This document shows, piece after piece, positions 55,454 through 64,000 of a stretch of DNA of 64,000 nucleotides. The notes under the pieces are model-generated. The model did not search any database. It was not told the origin of the DNA and worked only from the letters and a program-made list of their open reading frames with translations. Source of the stretch: Meyerozyma guilliermondii. Lineage: Eukaryota. The stretch spans positions 868,001-932,000 of the forward strand of contig CP128820.1 in NCBI GenBank assembly GCA_051546255.1, read 5' to 3'. The stretch's first letter is position 1, and each line of letters begins with the position of its first letter. A program made the position numbers and the translations under genes.

Positions 55454-56157
55454 ATGGAGTATAAGATGTAAGTAAAGTTGTGCCTGCGAAATAGCAACAG
55501 AATTCCTTTTACTGACCCAGAATATCCAGATCCTCATTGCACGATGAGTCAGAAGATAATGTACTGGATTCAGAGCCTTTGCCAGTGATGGAATTTGAGG
55601 AAGTTGAAATTGAAGATGTAGACGAAAAAGCAAAAGAAGCCGACGATTATGAGTTTGAATTCCCATTGTTTGCTTCGGCACCTCCCAAGGATAGTAATGA
55701 TGAAACGAGAGGAAGAACTACGGAGCCTGTTATGAAAGTCTCGTTAAGAGAGCGATCAGAAGAAAGAATAAAAAACGACAGGCCGACGTCTTACTACTTT
55801 GCAGTTTACACAGAAGAAGAGAAAAGGCGCTTTGAGCAGGCGGCTATCACGACAGAAATTTTGTTCAAGCACGAAGTAATAGTTGATCATCAGCCTTGGA
55901 AGTGTATCAATCTTACAGAGTATAATGCCAAAATAAAGCCCAAAAAACACACTAGGGCGGGAAAAAAGAAACGACAGGCAAAGATAGAGGGTAGGAAACG
56001 TCGAGAAGAGAGAAACCTCGTAAAGAAAAAGCTTGAAGAAGAAGCACAAGCCCGTTTACTCAAGAAGAAGTTGCATAAGCGAGGAGGGAAAAAGCACAAG
56101 AAGAAGGAGGAAAAGCCAAAACAAGAAAAGCAAATGCCTCGATTCCGAACAGAATAG
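55454..56157 (+). CDS. DUF2011-like fungal protein; 2 exons (55454-55467, 55521-56157)
   Basis: Intron GTAAGT...TACTGACCCAG gives MEYKIISRSSLH; EFEFPLF, KVSLR, RP.SYYFA motifs; Lys-rich tail; PAC at 55430. Confidence 0.78.
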
Positions 56158-56295
56158 GATATAAAGAACAAATATCAGATCAAATTTTTCTTACTAAATT
56201 CACATACTAGAAATATTCACATACTTCGTTCTCTTGTATTTCTTAATCTCAATCTCTGAGATTCGCGATTCTAAATTTCACCGTTCTCAATCTTC

Positions 56296-57438
56296 ATGGC
56301 TGACCTAGAAGACTTCGAGTCGTATCTAGACCCCGATTTCAACGCATCCAAATTCTCCAATGACCTCATATGTGCTACCAATGAAGCAGACACTGATGAA
56401 CTCGATATAGGCACGTCAATGAAGAAACTTAAATTCGACATTCAAGAATGTGACAAAAGAATGACATCAATTGCATCGTCCAACTACGAGCCGCTCGTAG
56501 CAATTTGCTCCCAGGTGGGCCCAACCAAAGACTATGCCAACGAAACACTAAAACCACTGGTGGACAGGTTGGTAAGTGCATTCGACAAGATCAAAAGTGG
56601 CATATTGGTGCCGTACGAAGAAGCCTTAGAATCCAAGCAAGCTCTTAAACGACTCCATAGTACGCTAGACTTGCTCCGAAGAACTAGCTACTTTTTATTT
56701 TTGATCCAACAGTTCGACGAATTGAACCAGGACGGAGATCGTGATGATGTTCGACTAGCTAAATTGTACCTCCAACTCGGGCAGCTTTACGAAAACGAAA
56801 AAGAATATGGAGGAAACAGTGAAATGCCCAGCGTCTTGTCTGTAAAGTTGGTGAGAGACTACCAATCTACATTCTTGACGTCACGACTCAACTTCATTTC
56901 AAAGTGCCAACTGAAAATTTCAGAGGACTTCAACCACCAAAGTACTTTTACCTACACAAACAAGGGTTTGACATCCAGAATAGCGGCATTATATATATTG
57001 GATTCGAAAAAGGCATTCAGTTCTGTTGAGTCTGGTGCTTTTAGTCGCCAAGTACTGATATCTCTTGGCCTTTTGACTCGGTCTCTTCAATCGCCCAGAA
57101 ACTTCACGACTATAGCGAACGAAGTATTTGACACTTCCAAAACCTTCTTGGAAAAGCTTACTAAAGTTGTTGCGGCTGTTCGTGTTGAACCAGAGTTCTT
57201 GGGTTCATTTCTCACATCAGTCAATCAGAAATCTTTGGCAGACTTATATTGGGATCAACTAGCTTTAGGATTCAAACGTTCAGTGGCATCAACTATGGCA
57301 CGCGGAGGACCAATCGCAAAGAATCTAAGACTATACCATGAAGGAATAAAAAAGGCAATTGTGACCACATTCGAAGATGAAAGTGTTGCAGAACGATTAA
57401 ATGAAGGTGTTGACCTTATAGTATCACGCCAACAATGA
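56296..57438 (+). CDS. COG5: Conserved oligomeric Golgi complex subunit 5
   Basis: DFESYLDPDFNASKFSNDL..ATN..LD..KKLKFDIQE, LKRLHSTLDLLR, RGGPIAK. Confidence 0.88.
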   Translation: MADLEDFESYLDPDFNASKFSNDLICATNEADTDELDIGTSMKKLKFDIQECDKRMTSIASSNYEPLVAICSQVGPTKDYANETLKPLVDRLVSAFDKIKSGILVPYEEALESKQALKRLHSTLDLLRRTSYFLFLIQQFDELNQDGDRDDVRLAKLYLQLGQLYENEKEYGGNSEMPSVLSVKLVRDYQSTFLTSRLNFISKCQLKISEDFNHQSTFTYTNKGLTSRIAALYILDSKKAFSSVESGAFSRQVLISLGLLTRSLQSPRNFTTIANEVFDTSKTFLEKLTKVVAAVRVEPEFLGSFLTSVNQKSLADLYWDQLALGFKRSVASTMARGGPIAKNLRLYHEGIKKAIVTTFEDESVAERLNEGVDLIVSRQQ

Positions 57439-57498
57439 TATTAATGAAAAGTTTAAACTTTACTTTTGTACTTGCAACTATATGTCTAATGTGGTACA

Positions 57499-60255
57499 TC
57501 ATTGCGCCACCTTACCCTTCAAAGAGGTCAAAAACTCTCTGTAGCCTTGCTCATTTGCTGTCTTGTCCTCTACTAGACAGCTCAAAGCCCACATTCTTAA
57601 TGCCATCAAGTCTCTCTGCTGCGAAATCTCGATTGGTTCGTTGCTAGATCCTCCAATAACAACGTACAAATTCTTCCATGTAATCTGGTCCTTCTGTTCC
57701 CTGATCTTTCCTAATATGTTACGCACTCTGTAATTGAATTCCAGCTCGTCCGGTTGAAGCTCAGGAAGTTCTGTCTTTCCTGTGGGTATCAGATACAAGT
57801 TGTCGGTTCCGAACAAGTCATAAACCAAGTCAGGGACAACGTCACCAGAAACCCACAAGAAAACCTCGCTAGAATTGTCTATCAAGTATAAACCATAGTT
57901 CTCCCATGAAGCCTTTGTGTCGTTGATTGGTTCAGGCAAAAGAATGCCACCAGATGTAGTCTCTTCTTCACCAGTCTCTTCATTGACTGTAACAGTCTGT
58001 TCGGGCAAACCACATTCGTCACCCATGTTGTGCAATGAATAAACAGTGGGGTAGATATATTTGATCAAGTGGGGAATTGGTAAAGACGAAAGGCGGTTTA
58101 ATGCTGCAGCCCTGTGGTCTGAAGGTACCCTCTCGCCGCGGAGACCGAGGTGTTTTGTCAATGAGAAGAGAAGCAAAGGCAACATTCTCAAGTTGGTAGA
58201 AATTTGAAGAGGCGACGAGCCTGAAACATTTCCAGCTACCAACTCTTTTTTGTAAACGTTCAAGATATCCACAATTGATTTCACAATGTAGTTTCTCGCA
58301 TCGGGAAGGGAGCTAGCAAGCGCTTTTTCAACTGCCTTGTGCGTGAAATAATTGGCAATTGCCAACTGGTCAGCAGACGCATAGATATCGTCGAGCTTCG
58401 ATGACGTAGGAATGGCCAAATTCATGACCCTGATTCTACGTTCACCATACGAAGTAGAATGAAGCGAAGCCGCTTGGAAGTACACCACAGGTTTGGTTAT
58501 AGTCTCCTCAATGGACATTTCGATCACATAACTTTGATCGCGAGGGAAAGATGGGAAAGAACACAAGTCTGAAGAACGGTTGAAGAAGTTACCATAGAAG
58601 GCACTCAGACGCATACCAGTAGATGATCTGACTCTCAAAACTGCCTCTAAAGCAATGTCCATAGACAAATGCTCGCTGATCTCTTTCGAAAGTTTGGTGA
58701 CATCTTCAGGCTTGACGCAAGACCAAGCTGGGTAAAAGTGCGTTTGACCAGCAGTGAAGCGAGGAAGGTTAGACAAAGTGGCCACATCTTGGTAGCGAGC
58801 AGAAGTTAAGAACAAGTCCACCGTTACCTGAGCTGAGTTACATTCCACTGCAAAACTCTTGTAGAACTTGTCGGCAGCTCCGAGTAACATTTGCGATTCC
58901 TTAGGTTGTCCAGAATGGCTTGCTTCGTCTCTCACGGAAAGTTTACCCTCGCCAATGTTTGGCAAAGAAGCAGCAAAAGTGATCAACTTACCACCAATGT
59001 TCGCAATCATCTTGTGACCCGCTTTCAAAGCAGGACCCAATGCAAATTGGGTATTCGCAGTATTTTCAAAGTAGGTAGGGAAGTCGATCAACAACTTTTC
59101 AATTGCAGGGCGGTTTTCTTCGAGATTGATCAAAAGTCCACTTGGCGAAGGAAGGAACGGTTCATCGAGATCCGAGGCGATAAGCAATTCGCTACCTTCG
59201 AGACCCTCATCAAATCTAAAATAATGAAGGTTCGAATCGACACCCAAAAATGCCACCCGAGCGGTTTTGTTTTGGTTGGGGATTCTGTCCAAGCTTTCGA
59301 GAATAGTTCTTGTTACGGTGCTGGTCAAGCCTGAGTTGACAGCATCGGCAGAGACGTCGATAACGAACACAAAAACAATTGGCTGAGGGGCTCTAGCCAT
59401 GTACTCCTTTGGAGCGACGAACTCCACCACTGAATGATTCAACTCCACCCTATCGAATTTGTTTCTGGGCACACCACGGGTTTCGTCATACTCAAAAGCA
59501 GCAGGAATGTCATTCTGCAAGTTACACAAATTACACCTCCAACGGCGGCCCTGTTCGGTCAAAGTGACAAACGGGTTGATGTAGCATCTACATCTACGGC
59601 ATCTGCTTATAATGGTGTCTGAAGCCGCAGGAATGTTTTCCTGATCGACCCGAAGGGTAGTGTAAGGTCTCACCACCAATGCCAAAGGCAACTTGGATCT
59701 TTTGAGAAGCGTTCCGTTGTTAGGGATCACATTGAGGGTACTGCGGAAATAATCAGGCGAGGCGTTGGAGTCCTCAGAAGTGGGGACAATAGCAGTATTG
59801 GATGGAATTACAAGTGGAGGAGGAGGTAAAGACAAATCGCTAATTGGTGGCGGAAGTTCCCTCGAAAGATCAGTAGTATAAAGCTGATTAAGTGGGAGAG
59901 CTGGTGCAGCCTGACCTCCAGCTCCAGCTCCAAAATAGCCTCCCTGCTGTTGGTAAGGCTGTTGCAGAGGAGTTTGTTGTTGTCCTCCAAAACCCGTATT
60001 AGCTTGCGGAGGCTGTTGGTAAGGATCGTAAGCTTGGCCCGGTTGAGGTTGTTGACCATACTGGTTATAGCCGTAACCTTGAGGAACAGCGGCTCCAGGT
60101 TGGGCACCAGGCTGTGGATTTATGTTCATTTGTTGGAACTGTTGAGCTACTTGAGGAACACCATAGGCAGCCGAAGCACCCACAGGAGGCGTGGCGGGAG
60201 CCTGGTCCTGCGAAATGGCATATTGCGGCTGTGGGTACGCTCTTCTTTTCGACAT
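57499..60255 (-). CDS. SEC24: COPII coat subunit Sec24
   Basis: MSKRRAYP, zinc finger [18 protein letters not shown], trunk FVIDVS, GERRIRV. Confidence 0.96.
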   Translation of the reverse strand: MSKRRAYPQPQYAISQDQAPATPPVGASAAYGVPQVAQQFQQMNINPQPGAQPGAAVPQGYGYNQYGQQPQPGQAYDPYQQPPQANTGFGGQQQTPLQQPYQQQGGYFGAGAGGQAAPALPLNQLYTTDLSRELPPPISDLSLPPPPLVIPSNTAIVPTSEDSNASPDYFRSTLNVIPNNGTLLKRSKLPLALVVRPYTTLRVDQENIPAASDTIISRCRRCRCYINPFVTLTEQGRRWRCNLCNLQNDIPAAFEYDETRGVPRNKFDRVELNHSVVEFVAPKEYMARAPQPIVFVFVIDVSADAVNSGLTSTVTRTILESLDRIPNQNKTARVAFLGVDSNLHYFRFDEGLEGSELLIASDLDEPFLPSPSGLLINLEENRPAIEKLLIDFPTYFENTANTQFALGPALKAGHKMIANIGGKLITFAASLPNIGEGKLSVRDEASHSGQPKESQMLLGAADKFYKSFAVECNSAQVTVDLFLTSARYQDVATLSNLPRFTAGQTHFYPAWSCVKPEDVTKLSKEISEHLSMDIALEAVLRVRSSTGMRLSAFYGNFFNRSSDLCSFPSFPRDQSYVIEMSIEETITKPVVYFQAASLHSTSYGERRIRVMNLAIPTSSKLDDIYASADQLAIANYFTHKAVEKALASSLPDARNYIVKSIVDILNVYKKELVAGNVSGSSPLQISTNLRMLPLLLFSLTKHLGLRGERVPSDHRAAALNRLSSLPIPHLIKYIYPTVYSLHNMGDECGLPEQTVTVNEETGEEETTSGGILLPEPINDTKASWENYGLYLIDNSSEVFLWVSGDVVPDLVYDLFGTDNLYLIPTGKTELPELQPDELEFNYRVRNILGKIREQKDQITWKNLYVVIGGSSNEPIEISQQRDLMALRMWALSCLVEDKTANEQGYREFLTSLKGKVAQ

Positions 60256-60432
60256 GTTGTTGAGACGTGGTCGGCGGTTTTCATACGTGTACAGAGTGCT
60301 GGTGTCCGGGTGCGGTGGGTGAGAGTGGAGGAGATACGAGTGAAGGTTAGGTGATGGTTTAGGGTTTCCCAAATGTAGAAGGTATGTGTTGCTCCCTTGT
60401 TACCTAGAATGTATGGCTTAAAAGATACATTT

Positions 60433-60510
60433 AAATTTTTTGAATTTTGATTTTATTCGTAATTTTGCAATTTTGCAATTTTGAATTTTGAATCTAAATT
60501 TTGAATTTTA
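60433..60510. repeat. Degenerate 7-8-mer microsatellite (AATTTTG)n
   Basis: Repeated AATTTTG/AATTTTGC units between SEC24 and the next gene. Confidence 0.7.
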
Positions 60511-60779
60511 GCATCCATATAATCAATTGTGGAGATCGTTAAACTAACACTCTACAATTCAAATCTCTCGGATACAAGCCTCTATGGCTGTGCACGGTCG
60601 TATACATTTACGACTGGCGCAGCTTTACGGCCGATACCAACCGGTATTACAAATGACCCTCGGGCCAGAAGTGCACATATAAGATGCATTTCGCGCCGCT
60701 TGCCGCAAATACAAGCAGCAATTTCCAGATTCAAGTCACACTTAATTGAATCCTTTTGTATTGAATTGTTTTAGTAACA

Positions 60780-61607
60780 ATGACCTATCCATCTCCCTTG
60801 AAAGTGGTTTCCAGAAAACTAGCAGACAACATTGTGATCTCGTCGTCTCCATTTAAAAGATCAAATACCCTCAATTTTGGTGCTCGAATGGCCCTCTTTA
60901 ACTACGGTGAAAGCATTGTAGTTTGGTCTGCACTCCCTTTTGGATCCCATATTCTTGAGGCGTTGGTGCTTCTCACGGGCCAGAAATCCTCGGACGCTTC
61001 TTCCTTCAACGTGACCCATCTTATAGTCCCCGATGCCGAACACACCATGGCTGCTAAATCATTCAAGGAAAAGTTTCCAGAAATTAAAATATTGGCCATG
61101 GAAAACGTCAACATTGGCGACGGCATTAAACCCGACTATGTGGTGACGGAAAAGAGTGGAAACAAGGTACTTGACAAGTCGTTGCTATCCCTGGAATTGG
61201 GCCTTACAGACCCACCTCTTGTCGACAACTTTGAATTTGTCTACTTGCCCACCCACGTGAACCGTGAATTGGTAGCATACGAGAAGAACTCCAAAATTCT
61301 ATTCGAGGCAGACTTGTTATTCAACTTACAACCCAAAAATCTCGAGCAATTTTCAACTGCAACAGGTTATTCCAGCAACTTCAACCCACACTCAGGTTTA
61401 TCTTTCTTGACCCGCTATCTTCGACCAGAGAGCAGTGTGGGGCGCTACATGTTCAACAAAATCGTAAAAAGCTCAGATCCACAGGCAAAAAAGGGACTTC
61501 AAGCAATACATCTGTGGAACTTTGACCAGATAGTGATGTGCCACGGAAACGTTATTGAGCACGGAGCCAAGGCCCAGTTCGAGCGAGTGTTCCGCTCTGT
61601 ATTGTAG
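60780..61607 (+). CDS. DUF4336-like metallo-beta-lactamase-fold protein
   Basis: PFKR..FGARM, HLIVPDAEH, EADLLFNL, WNFDQIVMCHG. Confidence 0.72.
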   Translation: MTYPSPLKVVSRKLADNIVISSSPFKRSNTLNFGARMALFNYGESIVVWSALPFGSHILEALVLLTGQKSSDASSFNVTHLIVPDAEHTMAAKSFKEKFPEIKILAMENVNIGDGIKPDYVVTEKSGNKVLDKSLLSLELGLTDPPLVDNFEFVYLPTHVNRELVAYEKNSKILFEADLLFNLQPKNLEQFSTATGYSSNFNPHSGLSFLTRYLRPESSVGRYMFNKIVKSSDPQAKKGLQAIHLWNFDQIVMCHGNVIEHGAKAQFERVFRSVL

Positions 61608-61644
61608 AGCATTGAGCAATTCGTAATGTGCTAAGTCTTCATCC

Positions 61645-61790
61645 ATTAATGCTTATTGCTCTAATGCTACTACTACTTGTTACCATTTGTTACTAATGCT
61701 GCTAATGCACTTGCTGCTAATGCTACTGCTACTAATACTTGCTACTATTGATTACTACTTGCTACCATTTGCTACTAATTGCTAATTACA
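61645..61790. repeat. Low-complexity degenerate (GCTA/CTA/TAAT) repeat
   Basis: tgctactactacttg..tgctgctaatgc..tgctactaattgctaat. Confidence 0.75.
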
Positions 61791-62006
61791 TTCGCATCTC
61801 TTTCATGCGCCGCTTTCGCTTCACTTATTCTTTTATGACTCTACCTTCTTGATGTTCGTATCACATTCCCTTCAAACCAGGTAACGTCAAAACTCCGATA
61901 CCGAGGCTTATCAAAAGATGATGCAAGAATTACCGATTTTGACATCACATGCACCAAACGTTATTTAATAATACCCCGAGGGCAAAACGACCAACTCAAA
62001 AACAAC

Positions 62007-63083
62007 ATGAGTGGATTACAAAACTCTAAGACCACCATAGAGGGCCCAGTTTTGGTCACAGGTGCTACAGGCTATGTTGCGGGATGGATAGTCAAGGAAT
62101 TACTAGAAGCTGGCGTTACTGTACATGCAGCCGTTCGAGATGCTTCTAACAAAGAGAAGCTTCGCCATCTTGATGAGTTGAGCGATAAATACAATGGTCA
62201 ATTGAAGTATTTTGAAGCCGACTTGTTGAAAAATGGCTCTTTTGCGGAAGCGATGAAAGGCTGCAAAATTGTCTTTCACACCGCTTCTCCCTTTACCTCC
62301 AACTTCAAGGACCCACAAAAGGATCTCGTTGACCCTGCTAAGAAAGGTACCCAGAACGTATTGGAAACAGCGAACGAAACAGAAGCGGTGACCAAAGTTG
62401 TATTGACAAGTAGCGTTGTTGCTATGTACGGTGATAATAAGGACTTGGCATCACTTCCCAATGGAACCATGGACGAATCTGTTTGGAATACAACTTCCAC
62501 CTTACAAACTAATCCCTACGCCTACTCCAAAACTGTGGCAGAGAAATTGGCATGGGAGATCTACGAGAAGCAAAGCCAATGGGAGCTCGTTGTGCTCAAC
62601 CCAGCTCTTGTCATGGGACCAGGTTTGAACTCCAACGCTACTTCTGAAAGCTACCAGTACATCAAGTCGTACGGAAATGGACTGATGAAAACAGGAGTTC
62701 CAAAGATAGGCTTGGGAATAGTAGATGTGAGAGATGTTGCCGTAGCCCATGTCAAAGCTGCCTCAGTTCCTTCTGCACGAGGTCGCTACATTATTAGTGG
62801 CCACAATACCACTCTCTTGGAAATTGGAAAGCTGTTGGCTCCAGAATACAAAGCTTATCCTCTTCCCACGAGAGAATTGCCCAAATTCATGGTATGGTTA
62901 GTTGGTCCTTTTTTCGACAAAACTTTGACAAGAAGGTTTGTTACTGCGAATGCTAACTATCTCTGGAAGGCAGACAACTCAAAAAGTATCAAAGAGTTGG
63001 GCGTCAACTACAGACCACTCAAAACCACAGTGTGTGAATTCTTCCAGCACTTGATAGACGAAAAGCTGTTACCTGTGAAATAA
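62007..63083 (+). CDS. NAD(P)-dependent epimerase/dehydratase (DFR-like SDR), bacterial-type
   Basis: PVLVTGATGYVAGWIV, FHTASPF, YAYSK, VDVRDVA. Confidence 0.88.
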   Translation: MSGLQNSKTTIEGPVLVTGATGYVAGWIVKELLEAGVTVHAAVRDASNKEKLRHLDELSDKYNGQLKYFEADLLKNGSFAEAMKGCKIVFHTASPFTSNFKDPQKDLVDPAKKGTQNVLETANETEAVTKVVLTSSVVAMYGDNKDLASLPNGTMDESVWNTTSTLQTNPYAYSKTVAEKLAWEIYEKQSQWELVVLNPALVMGPGLNSNATSESYQYIKSYGNGLMKTGVPKIGLGIVDVRDVAVAHVKAASVPSARGRYIISGHNTTLLEIGKLLAPEYKAYPLPTRELPKFMVWLVGPFFDKTLTRRFVTANANYLWKADNSKSIKELGVNYRPLKTTVCEFFQHLIDEKLLPVK

Positions 63084-63146
63084 GAGATTCGTTCAATAAG
63101 TTAAAACATATTGCTATTCTTCGCTATTCATCGCTATTCATTGCTT

Positions 63147-63974
63147 CTACTGCTTGATAAACTCGTAAATGTCCTTGCTGACCTGGTCCTTGTGGGTGCT
63201 ACAGAGTCCATGGGACGCACCAGGATACACTTTTTCAGTAGCCTGTGGAAGAAGCTTGATAGCCGCCTCACTGGAAGGACCAGGAGGAACAATTTGGTCG
63301 TTATCACCATAACCAACCAAAGTTGGAATATCCATTTTTTTCAAGTCTTCATGTTGGTCGGTTTCTGAGAAAGCCTCCACGCAATCGTGAAGCGCTTTAA
63401 TGGACCCTTGCATTCCCTGCAACCAAAAACTATCAATTAAGCCCCCAGTGTCGGAATTATGCTCCTTAAAGCCATAAAACGATAATGCCAACTCCTTGAA
63501 GAATTTTGATCTGTCCTTCAACACATTTGCCCTAATACCGTCAAATACCTCTTTGGGAGTTCCAGAAGGATTTGCATCCGTTTTGAGCATAAGGGGAGGA
63601 ATTGCACCCAAAAGCACAGCCTTCAGAACTCTCAGAGTACCATGGCGACTAATGTATCTTGCCACTTCACCACCTCCCGTCGAGTGACCAACATGTACAG
63701 CATTTTTCAAGTCCAAATGTTTGACAAGTTCAGCCAAGTCATCGGCATACTGGTTCATATTATGACCATTCCAAGGCTGCGACGATCTTCCATGGCCTCT
63801 ACGGTCGTGAGCGACCACTCTGTACCCCTTCAGTGCCAAATAAATCATTTGGTCTTCAAAAGCATCAGAAGTCAAGGGCCAACCATGGCTGAATACTATA
63901 GGTTCTCCAGTACCCCAGTCTTTGTAGTAGAGTTCAGTTCCGTCAGAAAGTGTTAATTTTGAGCTAGTAGTCAT
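63147..63974 (-). CDS. Non-heme haloperoxidase/perhydrolase (CPO-type alpha/beta hydrolase)
   Basis: [38 protein letters not shown] at 63974. Confidence 0.93.
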   Translation of the reverse strand: MTTSSKLTLSDGTELYYKDWGTGEPIVFSHGWPLTSDAFEDQMIYLALKGYRVVAHDRRGHGRSSQPWNGHNMNQYADDLAELVKHLDLKNAVHVGHSTGGGEVARYISRHGTLRVLKAVLLGAIPPLMLKTDANPSGTPKEVFDGIRANVLKDRSKFFKELALSFYGFKEHNSDTGGLIDSFWLQGMQGSIKALHDCVEAFSETDQHEDLKKMDIPTLVGYGDNDQIVPPGPSSEAAIKLLPQATEKVYPGASHGLCSTHKDQVSKDIYEFIKQ

Positions 63975-64000
63975 AATCAATTGACTAGCTAAATTGGAAG

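Overview
Gene-dense eukaryotic DNA from a budding yeast of the CUG-Ser (CTG) clade. CTG codons fall at conserved Ser positions, introns are short with TACTAAC-like branch points, and a complex I subunit is present. The compact layout is Meyerozyma/Debaryomycetaceae-like, but the species cannot be fixed from sequence alone. The window holds about 37 mostly housekeeping genes, including ERG5, NOC3, PDX1, SMF2, PMT1, PEX2, PUF6, RPT2, SLM1, RPL23, SWE1, SFU1, HOS4, COG5 and SEC24. Most interesting is a three-copy tandem array (~14.1-17.8 kb, period ~1.15 kb) between CRP1/MDG1 and PMT1. It encodes an unrecognised secreted precursor: signal peptide, conserved pro-domain, Kex2-type KR site and a divergent six-Cys knottin-like peptide, with the copies decayed to different degrees. 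Also present: three bacterial-looking enzymes (alpha/beta hydrolase, DFR-like reductase, non-heme haloperoxidase) whose CTG codons fit the host Ser reading, two unannotated pseudogene relics (a septin with a deleted P-loop and a CSH1/IFD-type aldo-keto reductase), four spliced genes mis-started by the ORF track, and several clear cis-elements (palindromic double SRE, tandem PDRE-like sites, PAC/RRPE, Tbf1, MCB/Forkhead, bipartite CCAAT). Family assignments are from motif recognition; no database search was run.
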